Of a stretch of DNA of 64,000 nt, positions 52,037 to 61,589 are shown piece by piece. This DNA comes from an uncultured Gemmatimonadales bacterium (GTDB lineage: Bacteria > Gemmatimonadota > Gemmatimonadetes > Gemmatimonadales > GWC2-71-9): NCBI GenBank assembly GCA_963842945.1, contig CAWJIM010000019.1, forward strand, positions 224,001 to 288,000. The letters run 5' to 3'. The notes under the pieces were generated by a model, which saw only the letters and a list, made by a program, of their open reading frames with translations, had not been told where the DNA came from and did no database searches. Made by a program: the position numbers and the translations under genes. The stretch's first letter is position 1. The number at the start of each line of letters is the position of its first letter.

Positions 52037-52813
52037 ATGCGCAGAGCAACAAGTACTCAGGATTACTTCGCGCTGGCCTTAGCGGCTGGGCTGTTGATCG
52101 GCTGCGGCAGCAATGCCGGTACCGAGCCGTCGGGCACCATCGGGATTAACGGGCTTTCCGTGGTGGTGAAGAGCTCCGAGTGGACCGCCGAGAAGAGCCT
52201 CATGGTGGTGGGTGAGAATGCGTCCGCCCAGATCGATCCCCTGACCCATGACAGCTGTCCGGTCGGAGTTATACAGTGCCCCATTCCTGCGGTCGTGCAG
52301 ATCCGCTCATCCAACCCAGACGTCGTCGGACCGGCCGAGCAGCAGGTGAGCGCGCCTGCCAGGGTGACTCTGGTTGCCCGCGGGCCCGGGACCGCAGAGC
52401 TGACTGTCCGTGCCGACACGGTGACCCGGTTGGTCTACATCGAGGTGAGCAGCGAGCCGCTTCCGCTGGATGCCATCCAAATATTCCCGGTGTACGACCC
52501 CTCGCAGAACGTGACCTCAGTCGAGCTGGGTCTCGACTCCGTTGCAGTCTTCACGTTGGTTGCTCTCCGGGGCGGCGCCGCGGTCTACGGACCCGTTCTG
52601 GCCTTTAACTCCAGCTCATTGGACATCGTCTCTGCATTCATAGGTTGCTTCGACACGCCCTACCCACAGTGTCCCGATGACTCGAGGGCGATGTGGCTGA
52701 AGGGCTGGGGTCCGGGGGATGCCCAGGTCACGGTAACCGGACGGAACGTTGTCGCCAGTTTGACCGTGCATGTACCCAGCCCTGCTGTTAGCGCGCTCAG
52801 ACCCTCCGAGTAG
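52037..52813 (+). CDS. Ig-like (Big_2-type) lipoprotein, paralogue B, intact
   Basis: GGAGG RBS, LLIGC lipobox, and two SSNPDVV/PGTAELTV-like units. Confidence 0.8.
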   Translation: MRRATSTQDYFALALAAGLLIGCGSNAGTEPSGTIGINGLSVVVKSSEWTAEKSLMVVGENASAQIDPLTHDSCPVGVIQCPIPAVVQIRSSNPDVVGPAEQQVSAPARVTLVARGPGTAELTVRADTVTRLVYIEVSSEPLPLDAIQIFPVYDPSQNVTSVELGLDSVAVFTLVALRGGAAVYGPVLAFNSSSLDIVSAFIGCFDTPYPQCPDDSRAMWLKGWGPGDAQVTVTGRNVVASLTVHVPSPAVSALRPSE

Positions 52814-52852
52814 AAGTACGGCGGCAGCTGGCTAAGGAGCCTTTTGCATCCA

Positions 52853-52882
52853 TTTCCCCTGAATCTTCCTAAAACCTTCCCA
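52853..52882. repeat. Orphan copy of the 11-bp arm repeats
   Basis: TTTCCC CTGAATCTTC CTAAAACCTTC CCA, same unit and orientation as at the junctions. Confidence 0.55.
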
Positions 52883-53604
52883 GGTGAACAGCCGGACTCC
52901 CTCTCGGAGAAGTCGAAGCGACTAGGCATACTAACGGCTAACCACTTGAACGAACTCGGGTCGCTCAAGCGATTCTCATGCAGTCACCGGATCTGGCCGG
53001 CGGTATTGTTCCCAGCAGAAGCGCAGGGTTTCCGGTCATGGCTCAGGTATGCTGGCTCCCAAAGGATCGTCACAGGCCTCTCCCTCCTGGCTTCATCCAT
53101 GGGATATACGCTAGTACGTCCCGTTGTCCAGCCGGTTTATCTGTCGCAACTCCAGGCCTGCCCTCATCTGTCACTTGGACATCGTGACGCCAGGGAGTGT
53201 GTCGCGCCGGTCGAGGAAACGCAGAAGGTGATTGAGGAGTAAGAAGTCAGCGTGCGTGTCAAGACTCGCAGTTTAGAAGCGACTTGGGGTGAAATCACCG
53301 CGTTTTGCGAGGACCGGCACTACAACACTTCCAATTCGGCAATCACTTACGTCGTTGGCATCTCTCTTCCCAACGAGTCAGCCGATCCTTGTGTTCATAG
53401 CGGAGATATAGTTCGATCGTTCTCGCTCCCGACGCAACAGTCCACGCCGCGGCCGTCGGCTGGCTAGTCTGAGTACGCTCGTGAGCGGCTGATTTCACCT
53501 TGGGGCTCCACATGCGCGTGCGATCGCTCCGATTTAGTCAGTTAGTGACAGCGCCCGTCGCGAACGAGGGTGTCCCCGAGCCGAATGTGGATGTCTCGCC
53601 CTAC

Positions 53605-55044
53605 ATGAGCGTCGAGACGAAGGGCAAGAGTGGTGCGACTTATTCGCCTCGATGGTCTTGGAGCGCCACCGCAATCCTGCTGTACGGCACATTGTTGCCG
53701 CCCGGCGCGGCCATTGCCCAGACAGGCTTCACTGGCGTCGTGCGCATCCGGAGCACGGTGAACGCCCGCCAAGACACGATCATCCAGACGACCAAGGGCG
53801 GTCGGGCACGGTTCGACTACCTGTGTGACCTTGTCCGCTCGTGCACGATGATCGGCGATTCCGGTACGCACACGCTGATGGCCATCGAGGACGACAGGAA
53901 GATCTACGTCACCATCACGCAGGCGGACAGCTGGCAGCTTGAGGCGATGACGCAAACGCTGGAGCCCGTGCTGCGGACCCGCTTGGCGGTGTCCCGCCTG
54001 TGGGACGTGAGCGGACTCAAGTTCAAGAAGACCCGTAGGAGCAGTCAGGTGGCGGGTCAGCGGTGCGAGGTGTGGGCCGGTCACTATCCGGGTGCGACTC
54101 GGGACGAGGCCAGCGAGGCGTGTCTTGGGAACAGTGGGGGCATCGCCGTGGGACTGCTTGTCGGCGTGTTCAAGTCGGAAACCACCGTGCCTCCGGCGTA
54201 CGACGAGAACGGCCTCCCTCACAAATCGCTCAACGCAGGACTCCTGAGGCTCAGGCTGGTCAAGAACGGGAGCCCGACCACAGTCGAGGTCCTCAGCATC
54301 GAACCCGGCACCGTGGATGACAGCCTGTTCGACCCGCCCGCCGGATACGAGCACATCCGGATGGCCGCATTCATCAAGGGGATGCAGGCAGCGCGCCAGC
54401 AAGCCGAGCGCCCCGGGCCGAGCCTGAGCCCGCGGCCGGGCGATTCTCTCAGTTACCCGCTGCCCGACGATCCTCAGATTTCCAAGCCTCCTTCGCTCAC
54501 CGTGTGTGCCTGGGACTCGCTCGCGCCGGCAGTTTACCAAGGTGAGGGGGAGGTCACCTATCGCGTCAGGCCCAACGGTGTGCCAGATACCGCGACGATG
54601 ATGGTGGAGCGGTTGTACGGCGCCGACCTCCGCACCTTCCGGACGGCGGCCCAGAAAGTCGTGGCGGTCTGCCGGTTCACCCAGGTTGCCGCCGACAACG
54701 CCCCGCCGACCCTTATGCGCCAGCGGATCAGTTTCGCGGGTGGCCGCGGCCGGTTCGATTCGACGGAGTCCGAAGTGTATATCCCAACGGACTCTTTGGA
54801 GCTGGAGCCCGTCGCTATTGTAAAGTGTGAGCCGATTCTGCACGAGGAGGGCCGCATCAGGGTGCAGATGGTCATCGGAACGGACGGCCTCCCCGAGCCG
54901 GGGAAGATCTCCGCGGTCAACGAGACGACGCACATGCAGGTAGCAGAAGCGCCGATCGCCTTCGCGGGTTGCGTTTTCACCCCGGCCCGGTACAAGGGCA
55001 TTCTGGTGCGGCAGAAGATTGAGTTCACCATCACGTCCAAGTAA
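53605..55044 (+). CDS. Secreted DUF4412-like protein fused to two TonB C-terminal-like domains
   Basis: Signal peptide ending AAIAQ; QVAGQRCEVW and DDSLFDPPAGY; then EGEVTYRVRPNG...CRF and EGRIRVQMVIGTDG...FTPARYKGILVRQ. Confidence 0.6.
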   Translation: MSVETKGKSGATYSPRWSWSATAILLYGTLLPPGAAIAQTGFTGVVRIRSTVNARQDTIIQTTKGGRARFDYLCDLVRSCTMIGDSGTHTLMAIEDDRKIYVTITQADSWQLEAMTQTLEPVLRTRLAVSRLWDVSGLKFKKTRRSSQVAGQRCEVWAGHYPGATRDEASEACLGNSGGIAVGLLVGVFKSETTVPPAYDENGLPHKSLNAGLLRLRLVKNGSPTTVEVLSIEPGTVDDSLFDPPAGYEHIRMAAFIKGMQAARQQAERPGPSLSPRPGDSLSYPLPDDPQISKPPSLTVCAWDSLAPAVYQGEGEVTYRVRPNGVPDTATMMVERLYGADLRTFRTAAQKVVAVCRFTQVAADNAPPTLMRQRISFAGGRGRFDSTESEVYIPTDSLELEPVAIVKCEPILHEEGRIRVQMVIGTDGLPEPGKISAVNETTHMQVAEAPIAFAGCVFTPARYKGILVRQKIEFTITSK

Positions 55045-55297
55045 CCGCTGACGGTGTAAGTCAGTCGTCCGGGAACGCGGATCGACCGCTGGACCTGCTG
55101 CTGTGTCTAGCTCTCGCCTTCAATCCCCAAAAGCATGAGGTCGAGGGTGTGCGAACTTTTGTGCCAATTGGATCTGAACATCCTGCATATTTTGCGGGCC
55201 TGATATGTGCAGCCTGCACATCTTTCCCTATGAAAAAACGTCCAGGTTGTCACATTTGGCCCCGGGTAAGGCTTAGGCATCGACAAGCCGAACGTAT

Positions 55298-55547
55298 GGC
55301 AGAACCTTCCCATGATGCAAAAAGGGCCTCCACTTGGAGGCCCTAAGTGCTTGTGGTTTACAGAGGCGCCGGTCGGAATCGAACCGACGAATGGAGGTTT
55401 TGCAGTTCTCCGAGAGCTCTTGCAAGGCTTTTCATTCTTTCCGAACTTGTAAGAGAACCAGGGGTTAGCTCAGTCCGCCCTGCCATTGATTCACGTCTTT
55501 TTCGATCTTACTCCGCTCAACCTTCCCAGGATCTTCCCATTCGGGCC
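55298..55547 (-). repeat. attP-like junction 2: arm repeat, terminator, tRNA-Cys 3' half (55364-55405), 140-bp arm
   Basis: 42 bp identical to 63858-63899; right arm is colinear with 49729-49870. Confidence 0.88.
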
Positions 55548-55567
55548 AGCAATCGTGAGCTGAGTGG

Positions 55568-55745
55568 TTAGCCGAAGCTGAACACGAGTGCCTCCACTCC
55601 TGGGTCGAAACTGGATCTGGAACTGGCGGTCACTTACGCGGTCTGCTTCCCGAATTAGCTGATACATCCGAGGCTCGGCAAACGACGCCGTCCACCTGCT
55701 CGTCAACATCGACTCCATGCGCGGGATCGCAGGGCTGGTTATCAG
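55568..55745 (-). pseudogene. C-terminal remnant of a DipZ/thioredoxin-family protein
   Basis: Across frames it reads PAHGVDVDEQVDGVV / AEPRMYQLIREADRVSDRQFQIQF / DPGVEALVFSFG-stop. Confidence 0.68.
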
Positions 55746-56017
55746 GTGTGGCAGGCTACGGATAACGCGGGAGTGGAGGGGGCCGATAGTCTGGGCACCT
55801 CTGCTACTTCCGTAGAAGTGCTGGCTTGAACAGGGCAGAACCCGCACCAATTGCAGATTCGGGCAAGCGCCAACGAGCTTACTCTCGGTATAAGATCCGA
55901 TATGTTCCAGCCAAGGCCCCGAAAATGAAGAGCGCTGATTTGTGCCTAGATCCACGCGTCTCGAGTGGCTATCGCGGCTAATTGTGCCGGTCCAATTCGA
56001 TTCTGGAGGGAAGCGTC

Positions 56018-57626
56018 ATGGACTTCAGATCCCTTCAATCACTTGCGCTGAGTGTCGGCGAAGCCTTCAGCCTGGACGATGTGTTCCACCGGATCGTCGC
56101 CGGACTGGCAGCACAATCTGACATTGCACTGGCCCGGGTCTGGCTCGTACTCCCCAGTGATATTGCCGAGTCCCCCGGCATGGGGGTGGAGAGCCCGGAC
56201 GAGGCACGGTGCCTCCACCTGGTCGCCAGTGCCGGAACGCCGGTAGCGTCCGCCGAGGACTGGACTCGCGTGGACGGATACTTCCGACGCATCCAGCTCG
56301 GTGCCAACAAAGTCGGGCAGATCGGCGCTAGTGGCGAGCCGGTACTGATCAGCAACAACCTGGCGGAGAGTCATTGGGTCGCACGCCCCGATTGGGCCCG
56401 GCGCGAAGGGATCCTAAGCTTCGCCGGTCAGCCCCTGATCTATCGCGGCGATATCCTCGGCGTGCTGGCGGTGTTCAGTCGCGCGGAGATAACGCCGGGC
56501 GAATCCAATTGGCTGCGCATCTTCGCGGATCATGCGGCGATCGCCATCGCTAACGCCCGGGCCTACGACGAGATCGAGCGCCTGCGCCGACAACTGGAGC
56601 TCGAACGAGACTATCTGCGCGAGGAGGTCAAGGAGGTCCTCGCCTTCGGCACAATCGTGGGCCGGAGTGCCGCCCTGCGAGATGTCTTGGAGCAGGTAGG
56701 GCTGGTCGCCGCAACCGACACGACGGCGCTGATCCTGGGAGAATCGGGCACCGGGAAAGAGCTGGTCGCGGCCGCCATTCACGAGCGCAGCCGGCGGCGG
56801 GATCGCCCCTTCGTGCGGGTCAACTGCGGCTCGATCCCGGCGGAGCTGTTCGAGAGCGAGTTCTTCGGTCACGTCAAAGGTGCGTTCACGGGCGCCCTTC
56901 GGGACCGGGTCGGCCGTTTCCAGCATGCGGATGGTGGTACGCTGTTTCTCGATGAAATTGGAGAGATTCCACTCGCGCACCAGGCTAAGCTGCTCCGGGT
57001 GCTGCAGGGGGGACAGTTCGAGCGCGTCGGTGATGACACTACGCGCACCGTGAATGTGCGGCTCGTTGCCGCCACGAACAGAGATCTCAGGATCGACGTT
57101 GCTGCAGGACGCTTCCGGCAGGACCTCTTCTATAGAATAAGCGTCTTTCCCCTGGAGCTCCCGCCGCTCCGTCAGCGGCGGGAAGACATTCCGGCCCTGG
57201 CCCATCATTTTGCCTCGCGTTTTGCCGCTCAATTGAATCGCCCCGAGGTGCGACTGACCAACGACGACGCCGCATTGCTGATGCAGTACGATTGGCCGGG
57301 CAACGTGCGAGAGCTGCAGAACGTCATGGAGCGCGCAATTATTCTGGCGAAGGGCTCTCGGCTCCGCCTCGATCTGGCGCTGGCGTATGGGAGCGCACAC
57401 GCCCTTGGCTTCGGAGCCGACGGCCGAGACTCCGCCAGCCTCCGCTCCTGAGAAGGTCATTCGCACCGAGGAATTGAAGCGCCTCGAGCGCGACAGTATC
57501 ATCGCCGCCTTGGAGCGCGCGCATCGGAGAGTCTCGGGGCCGGGTGGCGCAGCCGCCCTCCTGGGCGTCAATCCCAATACGCTGACCTCCCGCATGCGCT
57601 CGCTGGGCATCAAGCGCAGGGATTGA
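56018..57626 (+). CDS. GAF-AAA+-HTH sigma54-dependent activator (FhlA/HyfR-like), frameshifted near 57395
   Basis: [29 protein letters not shown] and [32 protein letters not shown] in 57387..57626. Confidence 0.93.
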
Positions 57627-57911
57627 GGCCCGTGACGCAGGAGATGCACCCGTCCGCCATTCTGAGGGTCACCTCCCACGGTTAGTAGTGTGACGGGAGT
57701 CTCCCTCCGCTTCCATGAAGAGGCCGTGGGCATCTCGACCAGTTGCACGTCCTGCATCTCCCGCCTAGCTCATCCGCCCGCTTCTCGGTACCCAATGCCC
57801 ACCTCCGTCTCCGCCTGACTGCTCGCAAGGCGTTTAGGGAGGCGCCTTGGGTTTACGGGGGCGCCACAGCGATTAGTCGTCGGCCCCGACAGCAGATGGC
57901 CTCGCCACGAT

Positions 57912-58010
57912 TTTCAACGAAAGCTTCGTGATATCACAAGATGGGAGCGCTGTCCGATCAGCTAGCCGCCATTTGACGGGGTTCGCGGGCGGCATCCGAA
58001 TTGCCCATGT
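57912..58010 (+). promoter_or_regulatory. Candidate upstream activator site plus sigma54 promoter, copy 1
   Basis: Dyad ACGAAAGCTTCGT (57917-57929) and CGGCATCCGAATTGC (57990-58004, GG-N10-GC). Confidence 0.72.
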
Positions 58011-58062
58011 ACCGGCAGCAGGATCGTACAAGCAGATCACATTGCAAGAGGAGTATCCGAAC

Positions 58063-58194
58063 ATGACAACCATGACACTGTTCGCCCCGTTCCAAGGTCT
58101 ACCGGCCGCACCGAGCGTAGCTCAGGCCGTGCTCCTCGCCCAGCTCATCATCTTGCGCCGACTAGAAGCAGCCGGGACCAAGAGGGCCAACTAG
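58063..58194 (+). CDS. Small 43-aa protein
   Basis: AAGAGGAG RBS; first ORF after the sigma54 promoter; stop is 2 nt before the cupin ATG. Confidence 0.45.
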   Translation: MTTMTLFAPFQGLPAAPSVAQAVLLAQLIILRRLEAAGTKRAN

Positions 58195-58196
58195 CC

Positions 58197-58694
58197 ATGG
58201 CCCATTTCCCTCGTACTGCCCGTCGTTCCTTGCTTGTCGCCCTCATCGGCGCTTGTGGGTCGGCGCTCGGCGCGCCTCACGCTGCGGCCCAGATGCCCGC
58301 AATCGGACCTGAGACGCGTTGGGCGATCGCCCCTTGGTTCTTCCCGACCGGCGCCGAGATCACTTTCGTCGACGGGAACCCCAACATCGACGAGGCCTTT
58401 CTCGTCCGCCTCGCATTTCCTGAAGACTACCGGATCCCGCCGCATTACCACGGCACAGACATCCACGTCGAGGTGCAGCAGGGTGCGATGGCGATCGGCC
58501 TCGGGGATCGAATGGACCTGGGCCAGACTCGCCTCCTGGCTGCGGGCGACACGGGAAGCGTGCCGGCGGGGACGCATTACTACATCGCCACGAGTGCGAC
58601 CACGTTGATTGCAATGCGAAGCCGGGGACCGTTCACGCTGACGTACGTTCATCCCGACGACGATCCGTCGCGTCACCTGCCCTTTGGCCGATAG
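58197..58694 (+). CDS. Secreted cupin (DUF4437-like), copy 1
   Basis: Signal peptide, YRIPPHYH, GLGDRMD and GPFTLTYVHP. Confidence 0.85.
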   Translation: MAHFPRTARRSLLVALIGACGSALGAPHAAAQMPAIGPETRWAIAPWFFPTGAEITFVDGNPNIDEAFLVRLAFPEDYRIPPHYHGTDIHVEVQQGAMAIGLGDRMDLGQTRLLAAGDTGSVPAGTHYYIATSATTLIAMRSRGPFTLTYVHPDDDPSRHLPFGR

Positions 58695-58755
58695 CGGAAT
58701 CGGCCGCCAAGTGTTCGAAGCGACCACCCACATTCAGAGATCAGGGAGACACATC

Positions 58756-59412
58756 ATGACCAACATCATCACCGAGACCGCCAAGTCCGCGAGGGCGGGT
58801 AATAGGCGTGGCCTGAGCGAAGTCCTCGACTTCCTCGTCACCGAAGAGCAGCTTGGCGTGACACTCTTGACTGCCGCGATCGAGAGTGCTCCCGGAACCC
58901 CTTCGGAGGCCTTCGCGCCGGTCCTGCGCAACGGCGTCACCACGGAGTTCCATCATGTGGAGGCTCTCAAGGCGGCGGGCGGAACGCCGCTCACTTCGAA
59001 ATACTGGTTGCCGGATTCGGCGTTCGGGGGCGGTGGGGTCGGACTCTTTTCGACGCTTGAAATCATCGAGACAGTGGAGATCAGCTTGTATCTCATCGGC
59101 GTAAGCGCCTACGCCCGCCTGGGTGACGAAATCGGAGCGCGCCTGTGCGCCGAGGCGATGGGTACGGAGGCGGTGCACCGGGCCCTGGTGCGTTTCGCCC
59201 AAGGCCAGCTCGGCAAGGACGTCGGCGTGCCGAACGATGTCGGCTTCGAGAACTTCGACTGGCCAACGGTGGAGAGGGTAAGAGAGGCACTGGAAGGACT
59301 GGGCATCGGGTACGGCACTCAGACCAATCAGCCTGGCCGTTTCTACCAGTATCCGGGCGATCCGATCGCGCGGGGTGTCGGCACGCCGGTCAGCCACACT
59401 CTTCCAGCCTGA
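58756..59412 (+). CDS. Ferritin-like domain protein
   Basis: Two ExxH motifs (TEFHH, TEAVH) with upstream Glu-bearing helices; GGGAGA RBS. Confidence 0.8.
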   Translation: MTNIITETAKSARAGNRRGLSEVLDFLVTEEQLGVTLLTAAIESAPGTPSEAFAPVLRNGVTTEFHHVEALKAAGGTPLTSKYWLPDSAFGGGGVGLFSTLEIIETVEISLYLIGVSAYARLGDEIGARLCAEAMGTEAVHRALVRFAQGQLGKDVGVPNDVGFENFDWPTVERVREALEGLGIGYGTQTNQPGRFYQYPGDPIARGVGTPVSHTLPA

Positions 59413-59502
59413 GTTGCCGTCGATGGTGGTGGGTACTCCGGTGCCCGCCCCAGGTCTCTGACAATCGCTGTGGCAGGATCACACTCGAGAGAGGATACGG
59501 AC

Positions 59503-59805
59503 ATGACAAGCATAAGACGCAATACCCTGAGCCTGATGGCCGGCGCCCTTTCCATCGCGCTTGCCGTTGGTTCGCCCACGATTGACCCCGTTGGAATCGA
59601 CGATGGCACGCGGGCGCTGCTGAACAGAGTCGAGAGGTCGCCCGAAATGGGCACATCGATCGGAGAGGGGCGGTCGGTCACTGGGCAGCAGGCACTGCTG
59701 GACGAATTCGCCGGAAGCCTGGACCCTGCACCGGCCGCGGACTCTCCAGCCGATCGGAGCCACATGCAGATCAGCGGGATGCAAGCGCTGCTCAGCCGTA
59801 ACTGA
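59503..59805 (+). CDS. Hypothetical protein with signal peptide, possibly degenerate
   Basis: GAGGA RBS; N-terminus MTSIRRNTLSLMAGALSIALAVG. Confidence 0.4.
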   Translation: MTSIRRNTLSLMAGALSIALAVGSPTIDPVGIDDGTRALLNRVERSPEMGTSIGEGRSVTGQQALLDEFAGSLDPAPAADSPADRSHMQISGMQALLSRN

Positions 59806-59823
59806 GCGGATGGATCGAGACGG

Positions 59824-59857
59824 CTCGAGCGCGACAGCATCATCGCCGCGCTGGAGC
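59824..59857 (+). pseudogene. Remnant duplicate of the activator 3' region
   Basis: CTCGAGCGCGACAGCATCATCGCCGCGCTGGAGC versus CTCGAGCGCGACAGTATCATCGCCGCCTTGGAGC at 57483-57516. Confidence 0.7.
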
Positions 59858-59898
59858 CGATTGTCAGGTCGGCATCTCCCGCCTCAGCTCGCCGTCAC

Positions 59899-59997
59899 TT
59901 TCAACGAAAAATTCGTGAGATCACAAGACACGAGCGCTGCCCGACCCGGGGAGCGCCATTTGACGGGGTCCCGGGCGGCATCCGAGTTGCCCATGTA
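59899..59997 (+). promoter_or_regulatory. Candidate upstream activator site plus sigma54 promoter, copy 2
   Basis: Dyad ACGAAAAATTCGT and CGGCATCCGAGTTGC (59976-59990); colinear with 57912-58010. Confidence 0.72.
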
Positions 59998-60279
59998 GCC
60001 GGCGTCCGGCGTTGCCAACGGGCGGCGCCGTCCTCCCTACAACCGGATTGGAGCTGAAGAATGTTAAAGGCTCACATCGCCGACCTATCCACCCCGATCG
60101 TCCTCGCGCTCTCGGCATTTCTTGTGGGGGGCGACTCCCTCGGGGCACAGCAGCAGCACATCAGGCAGCCGGTCGCCGAAGCGCCCGCGCCGCAGGACCT
60201 CTCCAGAATCGTGGAGGCGCACATCAGACAGCCAATGCTGGACAATTCAACCGTTCGTCCTATTCAAGGAGATCACTCC

Positions 60280-61003
60280 ATGTCGAAATTGCCGAATATC
60301 GTGCTGGTTCACGGAGCCTGGGCCGATGGGTCCAGCTGGAGCGGCGTCATCGCTGCGGCTCCAGCGGGCTGGGTACCACGTCGCTGCCGTGCAGCTGGGC
60401 CTGACCTCGCTCGACGAAGATGTGAGCAGGACCCGCGCCCTGCTGGCCGCGCAGACCGGTCCCACGCTTCTCGTTGCGCATTCGTTCGGGGGTGCGGTGA
60501 TCACTCAACTGGGCAGCGATGCCCCGAACGTGATCGGGCTGGTATACGAGTCGGCCTTTGCACCGGATCAAGGGGAGACGCTGAAGGGATTGCTGAGTCA
60601 GCCGCCTCAGCCCGCGGGCGTGGCCGCGATTCATCCGGACCAAGGGGGGTACCTGTGGCTGGATCCAGAGGGGTTCCTCAAGTTTTTCGCGCCTGACGTG
60701 CCCGTGGCCCGGGCCCGGGTGCTGGCGACAGTGCAGAAGCCCATCGCGGCTGACGTCCTCTTCAGTGAGGCAGCGTTCGGCCCGCCCTCGTGGCGGTCAT
60801 TCCCCTCATGGTATCTGATTACCACGGAGGACCAGATGCTGCCTCCCGATGCCCAGCAGCTCTTCGCCAAGAGGATGGGCGCGACCGTGACTACACTTGC
60901 GGCCAGCCATGCGGCGATGGTGTCGCATCCGGACGTCGTGGCGAGCTTCATCGTGAAGGCGGCCACGGCTGCTGAGGCAGAGGCAGCGCTCGCCGCTCAC
61001 TAG
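60280..61003 (+). CDS. Alpha/beta fold hydrolase, frameshifted near 60350; alternative in-frame start at 60061
   Basis: VLVHGAWADGSSW, AHSFGG, EDQMLPP and ASHAAMVSHP. Confidence 0.9.
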
Positions 61004-61071
61004 CTCAACCCAGACGCCTCGACTGCCCAGAGTGGTCGAGGCGCCGTTGCATGAGTCAGGAGGACAGCACA

Positions 61072-61588
61072 ATGCGCACTTTGAATATCAACCAGGCAGG
61101 ATCATGGGCGGTCCGCGGGCTGCTGCCCGCCCTGGTTTACTCTATCGCCTTGTTCCTGGGCGCCCCCAAGACTCACTGCCCAGGATGCGGCCACAGCAAC
61201 ATCATTGCGCTGGGAGGTGGCGCCTCCGTTGCTGCCGCCGGGCGCGCTGATCGCCGTGGTATCCGGTGATCCCGCGGGGCCGGGTCAGTCCACCATCCAG
61301 CTCTCGATGCCGGATGGCTACCGGATGCCGCCCCACTTTCACCCCACCGACGAGCGGGTGGAAGTGAAGCAAGGCACGCTCCTGGTCGGAATGGGAGACC
61401 GGCTCGACCCGGGGAAGACTATGGCCCTGGCAACCGGGGATACTATCGTGGCCCCGGCCGGCTTTCATCACTACTCGATCGCCAAAGGAACCACGGTGGT
61501 CTCGGTGCGGTTCATCGGCCCCTACACAATCACGTACGTGCATGTTTACGAGGCCCCACAGCAGGCCTCCTTTCCCTATGGCTATTAG
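61072..61588 (+). CDS. Secreted cupin (DUF4437-like), copy 2, frameshifted in the signal region
   Basis: AGGAGG RBS, PPHFHPTDE, PAGFHHY and GPYTITYVH. Confidence 0.85.
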
Positions 61589-61589
61589 C

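Noticed and set aside
50157..52813. Diversity-generating retroelement template/variable pair
   Set aside because: Differences are not adenine-specific, include synonymous changes and indels, span whole genes, and no reverse transcriptase is visible.
52844..53467. ORFs 52844..53242 and 53252..53467
   Set aside because: No RBS, motifs or coding-like composition, and the first overlaps the orphan arm repeats; probably non-coding or debris.
49687..55405. tRNA-Cys fragments as extra or split tRNA genes
   Set aside because: They lack the 5' acceptor strand, D arm and 5' anticodon strand, and an intact gene exists at 63858. They fit att-site duplications better.
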